Source of the DNA: an uncultured Acidimicrobiales bacterium
Lineage (GTDB): Bacteria; Actinomycetota; Acidimicrobiia; Acidimicrobiales; SZUA-35
DNA: 64,000 bases
Direction: 5' to 3'
NCBI GenBank assembly: GCA_937922785.1
Contig: CALAJQ010000009.1
Coordinates: 10,958-74,957 of the forward strand
Positions 11,401 to 18,868 of the stretch are shown piece by piece (position 1 is the first letter of the stretch; every line of letters starts with the position of its first letter). A program made the translations under genes and the position numbers. A model generated the notes under the pieces. It made no database searches and had not been told where the DNA came from. It saw nothing but the letters and a program-made list of their open reading frames with translations.

Positions 11401-14400
11401 TGTAACACAGATCTACTACGACAACTTGACGCTCGGGGCACCGCCGACAGTCGGTCTTGCAACAAAGTTTGAGGACCGTCTCAACATCACCAACCTAGAC
11501 GCGGTGTTCAACGAGACGACGTCGTCTTATGACGAACGAGGTCTAGTGCTAGCCGTGGACAACGGCGACAACGGCGTCACCTCCAGCACATATGACCCCT
11601 CCTTCGGATTCTTGACGTCGACAAACGGGCCGATCGTTCCAGAGCCCGGAGACCCAGACGACGAGACCTTCTATCTCCAGGTCAAACCTGAGCTTGGTTT
11701 CGTAGGCCGGATAGACGCACCAAACGGCCAGACAACCCTCCTCACATCAGACGGACTCGGCCGAACTCAAACTGTCAAGTTGCCTGGCGCTCCGAAGGAT
11801 TCATACAAGTTCACCTACGACCTGGCACCGGGATCGGGTCCTCTCAAGGTCCGGACCGACGTTCTACGCGAGCCGGACGCGACCGCTTATGAGTACACGT
11901 CGTCCTGGTCGTTCATGGACGGGTTCGCCCGCACTATTCAGTCACAGTCCCAAACCCAGAAAGGCGGCTTCTTCAAAGCAGTATCGATGAACTATGACAA
12001 CGCCGGCCGCTCCTTCCGCCAAACAGTGCCAACCATTATCACTGGCATCGGCGGACTCTATTCCGACATGAACTTCGCACAACTAGCAGGCAGCCGAACA
12101 ACCTATGACACCGCAGGCACCACAACTTTGGAGTCAATGAACTCTGCCAATGCTGCGGTCAACACCGCTAGGACTCAGGCGAAGGGGCTCTACACAGTTT
12201 CAACGGACCGGCTGAACCGGAACACGACAGAGACTTATGACGTGCGAGGGAACATGGTGTCGGCCGAAGACGCTGAGGGCAACGTTGTCGATTACACCTA
12301 TGACCTGCGGGACCGTTTGCTGACAATCACCGACGCCGTCGTGACGACCGAGGAGGAGAGGAACGTTATTAGGAACGTGTATGACACCGACTCGGTTAAG
12401 CAGTCGGATTCACCCTTGAAGATGATCGATCCTGACTTGGGTGAGATTGTCTACACCTATGACACAGAGAACCGTATGGAATCTAAGACCGATGCGTTGA
12501 ACTCATTGGTCACCACCTATGACGAGGCGTCAAGACCAGTCAACATCAAGTTGAGCACTGGTCAGATGGTTTCTGAGTGGACTTATGACGGGCAAGACCG
12601 GGTTGGTTTGCTGACTTCGAGTACGCATCACAACTTGAGACCAGGACCGGTGTCGGGAGGTGAGGTCATCAAGACCTATTTCTATGACAGTCGCTTACGG
12701 CCGACGTTCACTAATTGGCGTGTTCAACTGGCTGACGGCTCTGTCTTCCAGGAAGGCGTCGAGCGCTCCTATCGGGAATCAGGCCAGCTCAAATCGATTG
12801 CGCATGGAAACGAGGCCAGCACGGCCTTGGCAGCCGATGAGCGGGACGTTGGGCCGTCGAACGTTGGTAGTGACTACATCACAACCTCGTTCTCTTACGG
12901 ACCTGATGAGAAGCCTTTGTCGATTGAGTCTGGAACCCAGTTCACAGCTCCAAGCTCCGTTGCTTCTGGGGCTTCGTATAACGCTCGGGGGCAGTTGACG
13001 TTCTTGAACCGGGTTGGGCAGACGGTTGATGCTGATCCGGCTTCTGGCGGTCTGGCGTCTACCTATAGCTATGAGGATTGGTCTGGCCGGTTGTTGTCGG
13101 CTGACACATTTGCGGGTGTGCTACCTGAGCCTGATCCGGATCCTTTAAACACTGAGTTGGTGCACTTGTATCGAGGTTTGTTGCTGCGTGACGAGGTGCC
13201 TTCAAATGCTGGGTATCAGTTCTGGGAGGGCCAGTTGGCTACCAACACGATTGAGACGATTGCTGGCGAGTTCATGTTGCAGCTTGAGTGGACGAACACT
13301 GAGACTGCGAAGCCTTCGCTGAACCCGGACACGACGGGGACCTTTGATGTGACCAGTAACGCAGGGTTTGTTAATTGGCTAGAAGATTCGGTGTTCTTGG
13401 GTTCCATCCCGGCCGGTGAAACCAAAGCAGCCTGGGTGACCGCACTGAATGCAAACAAGAACCCGTTGGGTGCTGACCCGAACTTTGTCTACCCGAATCA
13501 GAATCGTGCGAGGGGTGCGCTAGCGCAGGATGCGATCGAGTTGGCCGTGGGGAACTCGGCTATTCATTATGTGTCTCCTGAACCTCAAGACCCAGATCGG
13601 GACGCTAACGCCGATCTGATCCGCACTTTGGCTTATGACTGGGACGCGGTGGGGAACTTGGATCAGATTCATGAGTTTGATGGCGACACTTTGTCCCAGT
13701 TCCAGTGTTTCTCCTATGACGTGTTGGATCGTCTAACAGAAGGTTTCACGACCGCCAGTGCTGATTGTGAGACCGCTAGCCCCGATGCGACAGGTCCTGG
13801 TCCGTTTGATGTGGCCTACACCTATGACCCCATTGGTAATATCACTTCCGCTCGGGGTGTCAGCACTGTTGGTACGGCGACAACACCGGCTAGCTACACC
13901 TATGACGTTGACAAAGTCCACGCGGTGATCGGGGCTGGCGGTAACAACTATGGTTATGACGCTGTTGGTAACCAGACGTCTCGTAACACTGGTTCTGGTA
14001 TTGAGACGCTTGGCTACGACGTACAGAACCGGCTAGTCACGATTAGCGGTGCCGGTGCGGATATGGAGGCGTTGTATGACGCCGAAGGCAACCGGGTCTA
14101 TAGGAACCTTGACGGCGTTGAGACGTTCTACTTCGGCAGTGATTATCAGGTCTCTGATGGAGTGTCGGAGGTTACTTACAGTCTTGGTGGTCAGACTGTC
14201 GGTCATCTGATTGGCGCTGTGTTCACGGCTGCTTCTAGTGATCACTTAGGATCAGGGTCTGTGACGTTGACTGCAGATGCGGAACCGGTCGTTCAGCGCT
14301 ACACACCGTTTGGTGTCATCCGTGGCGGCGGTATCAATGGGCTGCCGGTTGATGAAACATTCACCGGACAAACCGATGACCCAGGCACAGGCCTTATCGA

Positions 14401-15208
14401 CTACAACGCACGCCACTACGACCCACAAATCGGCCGGTTCATCATGGCCGACGAGGTGCTGGATGGCTACAACCGGTATTCATATGTTGATAGCAACCCA
14501 TTGAAGTTTGCGGATCCAACCGGCAATGAGTCCTGTTATGTGCCAGGCGCTTCAATGGGGTGTGCCGAGAAGGCAGACATGAAGCCGCCAGGGCCAAGCT
14601 GGTATGAAAGCGTTGCCATCTCTTGGTATGAGACGGTCGAGGATTTCAAAGCCGACAACCCCAACTTCAGTCAAAAGACGGCAGACGGCGCAGCTGGCTT
14701 CTTTGACGGGTTCTTCGCACTGTTGGGAGAAGAAGCTGTGCTGAGCAACCTGAGTTTGACCGAGGGCAAGTACGATCCCGACAGTTGGACTTATCGTGGC
14801 GGCCAGGTCGGTGGAACAGTCGCTATGACCGCCATGACTGGAGGCGTAGGTAACACCCTGTCGGCTTCACGAGCGATCGCTAACGGATCTACCAGGGTAA
14901 GCGCAGCAGCTATTCAAAGCAGCCGGGTCGGAATCGGAAGCGCGAACCTTGGCAATTCGGCCGCAACGCTCTCGTCAAAACCTGGGCTGTGGAACCAGCC
15001 TGGGCGCTTTATCAAAGTCGGCTGGAGCGGCGCCACGACACGATTGCGGGCCGGGGAACAGTGGACTACCGCAATTCGCATTGGAATTGGTCGAAGTAGG
15101 AACCCAAACCAGGCACTGATTCACTTGAACGTTCCCTTTACGCATGTTTCTCAGAAGTCAGGCCAGCTAGCAGATAGACTGATCCGTAGCCTTCAGTCCC
15201 TCCGGTAG
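5450..15208 (+). CDS. Giant secreted RHS-repeat polymorphic toxin (TcB/TcC-like) with N-terminal adhesin-type modules
   Basis: One open frame runs 5408..15208. The likely start is ATG 5450 ([36 protein letters not shown], a signal peptide). Modules in order: a cadherin-like [13 protein letters not shown] segment; about 20 GGxGxD RTX nonapeptides (5878..6492); 7 Ig-like repeats of about 81 aa (6542..8239); an SpvB-like segment ([31 protein letters not shown]...GAGWNM); many YD repeats ([28 protein letters not shown] ...); the RHS core ([43 protein letters not shown]); and a 225-aa unique tail. Confidence 0.95.
   Translation: [3252 protein letters not shown]
5878..6492 (+). repeat. Coding tandem repeat: RTX/haemolysin-type Ca-binding nonapeptides
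   Basis: Runs such as [56 protein letters not shown]. Confidence 0.85.
6542..8239 (+). repeat. Coding tandem repeat: 7 diverged Ig-like units of about 243 nt
   Basis: Each unit follows the pattern P(T/S)L.(L/I)(V/I)(S/Q)P..G.......(F/V).V........P(V/I)(D/E)(V/I)S(I/V)DG..(V/I)G.A.APDYT.TLTGL.L..G.HT(I/L).V. Confidence 0.85.
14531..15205 (+). other. C-terminal toxin tip of the RHS protein (family not recognised)
   Basis: This is the sequence after the DPTGNE junction (Asp codon at 14513). It has a Gly/Ala/Ser-rich middle ([30 protein letters not shown]...) and a basic C-terminus ([47 protein letters not shown]). No nuclease, deaminase or ART motif was seen. Confidence 0.6.
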
Positions 15209-15210
15209 CC

Positions 15211-15678
15211 ATGAAAACTCCCTTCGTTGAAACGGTTTTAGCCAGGATGGATGCAGTGCTCGCTAGCTTGGGTCAACCGCCGGTCCTGAGCAACCCCTTG
15301 TTCCTCCGAGAGGATCGCCTGATTGGGCAATACGTGTTTGAGTTTGTCAAGCCTGGTGCAGTTCCTTTCCGTCTTGAACTGCTCGAGCCTAGCTTGTTAG
15401 TGTCGTTCGGCCCTGCAGGTACTCCACCGATCGAGTACTTCTCTCTAGATGCGGTTGAACATGAGGTTCACGGGTTCCCGCCGCTGTTCGAAAAATTGAT
15501 GACCGCCGACATTACCGTACGGACACTGCTTTTTGGTCGCTTTCGGCGTGTCTATGTCGATAATGAGCTTCTGCTGACAAGCGTTGGAGTGTCGCGATGG
15601 CCTAGCAGGCGAAGTCACATCGCAACGGGTTGGACTAAAGCCGGGTTCAGACCAGCATTTAACGCAAGGATTGAGTGA
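15211..15678 (+). CDS. Putative cognate immunity protein for the RHS tip
   Basis: 155-aa ORF whose ATG lies 3 nt after the RHS stop on the same strand. It is cytoplasmic-looking with no recognisable domain. The call rests on position only. Confidence 0.55.
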   Translation: MKTPFVETVLARMDAVLASLGQPPVLSNPLFLREDRLIGQYVFEFVKPGAVPFRLELLEPSLLVSFGPAGTPPIEYFSLDAVEHEVHGFPPLFEKLMTADITVRTLLFGRFRRVYVDNELLLTSVGVSRWPSRRSHIATGWTKAGFRPAFNARIE

Positions 15679-16000
15679 CCGTGGGAGTGAACAGCCTCCA
15701 ACGATCTGCGATCGCTTCGTCGGCGGTTTGCCAAGTTCCTATGATTCGTCCTTCGCCGTGATCCTCGGTTAGATCGAACGCACCGGACTCGTGGACCGGC
15801 GTCGACGCTGTTGCGAAGACTTCGTGAAGCGAAGCTCTAATAGTTCCTTCTGATGGGTACGCAGAGATCCAGCGAATCAAGACTCTTTGGTCTGGGAGGA
15901 CATGGCGACCGAGTAGCTGTTCCACTGGTCGGCCCCGATTAAGAGCCGCCGCTGCTTGTTCGAACGAGAGGTGTCGCATTGGTTCTTCGAACAGAACCAC
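15659..16000 (-). CDS. Hypothetical protein
   Basis: 113-aa ORF with ordinary composition, convergent with the immunity candidate (20-nt overlap). No motif recognised. Confidence 0.3.
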   Translation of the reverse strand: MVLFEEPMRHLSFEQAAAALNRGRPVEQLLGRHVLPDQRVLIRWISAYPSEGTIRASLHEVFATASTPVHESGAFDLTEDHGEGRIIGTWQTADEAIADRWRLFTPTVTQSLR

Positions 16001-16040
16001 TGCGTGCAGCGCAACCCCTACCGATCCGTACGGTTCAGCG

Positions 16041-17360
16041 GTGATAGCGAACGGCGCCGCCCTCTACATGCCGCTAACTGGTCTGAACGGGGACGGAACC
16101 CCAGCCCGTATCCAAGATGAACTAGCGAACTGCCTGAACGGTTCCGCGACCAGCAGCGCAACCGCATCCGCTGACGGGCCCACCGGCATTGGGGGTGGCA
16201 TAACTTCGGCTTCAGATCAACTTGCAGTGTTGGCAGCATCCGGGAATCTGCCGACCGGTAACGATTCGCGGTCGTTGGAGACTTGGTTTAAACAAGATGG
16301 CGATGACGGTGTCCAGTCGTTGATGCGTTATGGAAACAACTTCGGTATCGCCTATGACGACAACGGTTCTTTCGTTGTCTCAACAGGCCTCAACACAACC
16401 GATTTGCACCGCTTCAACTTGCCTGTGGGTCAGTCAATCACTGACGGTGTTTGGCATCACATCGTCGTAACGTTCGATGGCGCGTCCGTGAGAGTCCATT
16501 TGGATGGTTTCTTAGTTGGCTCCGAGCTGCTTGACGTTTCAGTTGATACGAGTCTTGCTGGTGGGGGCCTCCGAGTCGGGGAGCACGCTGGCAGCTATTC
16601 AGGCTTCGCTGTCTACCCGGCGGTGTTGACTGATTCGGAGATTGCCGAACATTGGACGCTTGGAGCGTCGAGCCGGACCGACGCATGCTCAGACGCACCC
16701 ACCGATCCATACGGAGCGGCGGTCATCGCCGATGGTGCCGATCTCTACATGCCGCTAGCCGGCCTGAACGGGGACGGAACCCCAGCCAGGGTTCAGGATG
16801 ACTTCGCGAACTGCTTGAACGGTTCGGCCACCAGCAACGCAACCGCAGCAACCGACAGCCCGGCAGGTCTCGGAGGAGCCCTCACAGCACCAACGAACGA
16901 GCTCGCTGCTTTGGCTTCGTCAGGTAATCTCCCGATCGGAGACGCAGAACGGTCACTGGAGACATGGTTTAAGACTGACGCTACCGACGGTGATCAGTGG
17001 CTGATGCGCTATGGAAACAACTTCGGTTTCTATCACGATGACAACGGATCGTTGGTTGTTGTGACAGGGCTCAACACCAACGATCGCCACCGATTCTTCC
17101 TACCCGCAGGCCTGTCGGTTACCGACGATGTGTGGCACCATATCGTGTTGACGTTCGATGGAGCCACAGTCAGGATCTACCTGGATGCCCAGCTAGTCGG
17201 CTTTGAGTTGCTTGACGTGTTCGTTGATACCAGTCTGGACCAAGGTGGCCTCCAAATCGGAGACCACGTCGGCAGCTACTCAGGTGTCGCCGTCTATCCA
17301 ACCGCACTAACGCAACAACAAATCACTGATCACCTCACCGTAGGCAACACGATCGGCTAA
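16041..17360 (+). CDS. Tandem LamG/concanavalin-A-like lectin domain protein, probably a 5'-truncated fragment
   Basis: Two repeats of about 220 aa, each with LYMPL.GLNGDGTPAR.QD..ANCLNGSATS...SLETWFK.D..DG.Q.LMRYGNNFG...DDNGS.VV.TGLNT.D.HRF.LP.G.S.TD.VWHHIV.TFDGA.VR..LD..LVG.ELLDV.VDTSL..GGL..G.H.GSYSG.AVYP..LT. There is no signal peptide. Linker homology (ACS.(A)PTDPYG.AVIA.G) continues upstream of the GTG start, to about 15999. Confidence 0.65.
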   Translation: MIANGAALYMPLTGLNGDGTPARIQDELANCLNGSATSSATASADGPTGIGGGITSASDQLAVLAASGNLPTGNDSRSLETWFKQDGDDGVQSLMRYGNNFGIAYDDNGSFVVSTGLNTTDLHRFNLPVGQSITDGVWHHIVVTFDGASVRVHLDGFLVGSELLDVSVDTSLAGGGLRVGEHAGSYSGFAVYPAVLTDSEIAEHWTLGASSRTDACSDAPTDPYGAAVIADGADLYMPLAGLNGDGTPARVQDDFANCLNGSATSNATAATDSPAGLGGALTAPTNELAALASSGNLPIGDAERSLETWFKTDATDGDQWLMRYGNNFGFYHDDNGSLVVVTGLNTNDRHRFFLPAGLSVTDDVWHHIVLTFDGATVRIYLDAQLVGFELLDVFVDTSLDQGGLQIGDHVGSYSGVAVYPTALTQQQITDHLTVGNTIG

Positions 17361-17399
17361 ACAGCGTTGGCTTCGGTAAACGAGTGGAAGCCAAGGCGC

Positions 17400-17950
17400 C
17401 ATTGCAATAAGGATCTGTGGCCTCATTATGAGGTTTGAGAGTACCTTGGCGTCGGTCGCGACAGTTTGGCTCCAGGTGGTTCACCCGACCCTTCACCTCA
17501 AAATTGAAGCTGTCACTCGTCAGCACAGGCTGGCCTACATGTACAGGATATTGCCCCCTACGGTGAGTACTGGCCGAAATTTCCTGGGCGGCCTGAAGTC
17601 TAGGAGGACGTTCCGGGGACACAGCTTTGCGATCCCGGGTCGTTTGGATTATCGCCCCTGCGTAGGCCCACAGATATTGGCTACCTGACTCAGCAGATGC
17701 CGGTTGCCGACGATACCTGGGATGTGTGCTTCGCATGCGCTGGGCTGGTGGTTTCGGGGTTGCCGCCCTTTCTGAGTGGCGACTTGGCAAACCCTGGGTC
17801 ATCAGCGGACTCGGTTCTGAAGTAGTCGGGCGGGGGAGTGCTCGGGTGATAGCAGCGAACACGGTTCGATGCCGTTGTAGTAACTCGGGACGATTGTCTT
17901 GGCGGCGCAGAGCGATGATCTCAAGGTCGATGATGCTTGGCTGGTAGCGC
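17400..17950 (-). pseudogene. Possible degraded IS481/IS3-type integrase-transposase N-terminal remnant
   Basis: Minus-strand reading IIDLEIIALRRQDNRPELLQRHRTVFAAITRALPRP... and later ISASTHRR resemble the ENxxLRxQLxVLRRxxxRPxLxxxDRxxxAALxRxLP ... xSxSTVxRIL pattern of these transposases. Frames are broken and similarity is weak. Confidence 0.3.
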
Positions 17951-18115
17951 CTCAGGGTCGGCTAGGAACGCCCAATCTCATGATTGCTGAGAAAGGAACG
18001 GATGAACTCGACCGTTCGCGTTTCTCAACTTGGGATTGTGCTCGAGTTTCTGATCGCGGACAGTACGCAAAGAACGTTTCCTAAAGCAGATCGACTAACC
18101 CGCCGATGCCCAGGC

Positions 18116-18811
18116 ATGCGTCTGATTGCGGCTGTTTTTATATCCACATGCCTCTCGGTATCGGCGTGCGGTTCGAGTGGAACAGTTGACGTGCGCGTCG
18201 GAGCGGAGTCTGAGCCGGCAACTAGTAGTGGGGTCGAGACAACAACTACAAGCGCTGCGGAGCCGATTCCGACAACGGACCGCAGAGACGCGTGGCTTAG
18301 CCATCCCGCTGCCGTCTACGTGGCGACGCCAGACTTCTTAGCTGAGGCAGGCCTTGATCTCAGGCACGTGATCGTGACTAAGCAGGGTCCGGCCGATCCT
18401 GCTGACGCTTTTGAAGGTTGTGCGTTCGATGTGCCTCCCGAAATGGACGGGCTTTCAGCTCATTACTTGAACGATTCAGGTGTACCCGATGCCAATATCA
18501 CGATTGGTATCAACGAAGCTGAGCTAGCGCAGCAGAGCGTCGATGCAGCTAGGCAGATTGGCGGCTGTGACCCGAAGCTTCTCGGCGGGGAAGCGATCAC
18601 TGTTGTAGCTGCTCCATTTGAGAGCAAAGCCGACGATGTGGTCATCCTCGAAGGAGTCCGTTCCGATGGAAGACGGTCCCTAATATTCGTGGCCCGTTAT
18701 GGCGACATGATGATTCTTGTGAATTTTGGAGTCGATGGGGATAGTACCGCCGACGTGCCTTCAGCAGAGGCGGTTGTACAATGGGCCAACGAGCTGGCTG
18801 GCCACGGCTAG
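18116..18811 (+). CDS. Putative lipoprotein
   Basis: In-frame ATG at 18116 gives MRLIAAVFISTCLSVSACGSSG, a lipobox-type signal with Cys. The rest has no recognisable domain. The upstream part of track ORF 17984.. is unlikely to be translated. Confidence 0.6.
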   Translation: MRLIAAVFISTCLSVSACGSSGTVDVRVGAESEPATSSGVETTTTSAAEPIPTTDRRDAWLSHPAAVYVATPDFLAEAGLDLRHVIVTKQGPADPADAFEGCAFDVPPEMDGLSAHYLNDSGVPDANITIGINEAELAQQSVDAARQIGGCDPKLLGGEAITVVAAPFESKADDVVILEGVRSDGRRSLIFVARYGDMMILVNFGVDGDSTADVPSAEAVVQWANELAGHG

Positions 18812-18868
18812 GCGCTCACTCTCGTCGATGAAGTGTTCCGGAGCGGACTGGCCGCGAGGCGGGCTTAG

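Noticed and set aside
17335-17862. 175-aa minus-strand ORF as a genuine CDS
   Set aside because: It is P/R/S/T-rich, overlaps the end of the LamG gene, and is better explained as one broken frame of a decayed transposase-like remnant (listed as a low-confidence pseudogene).
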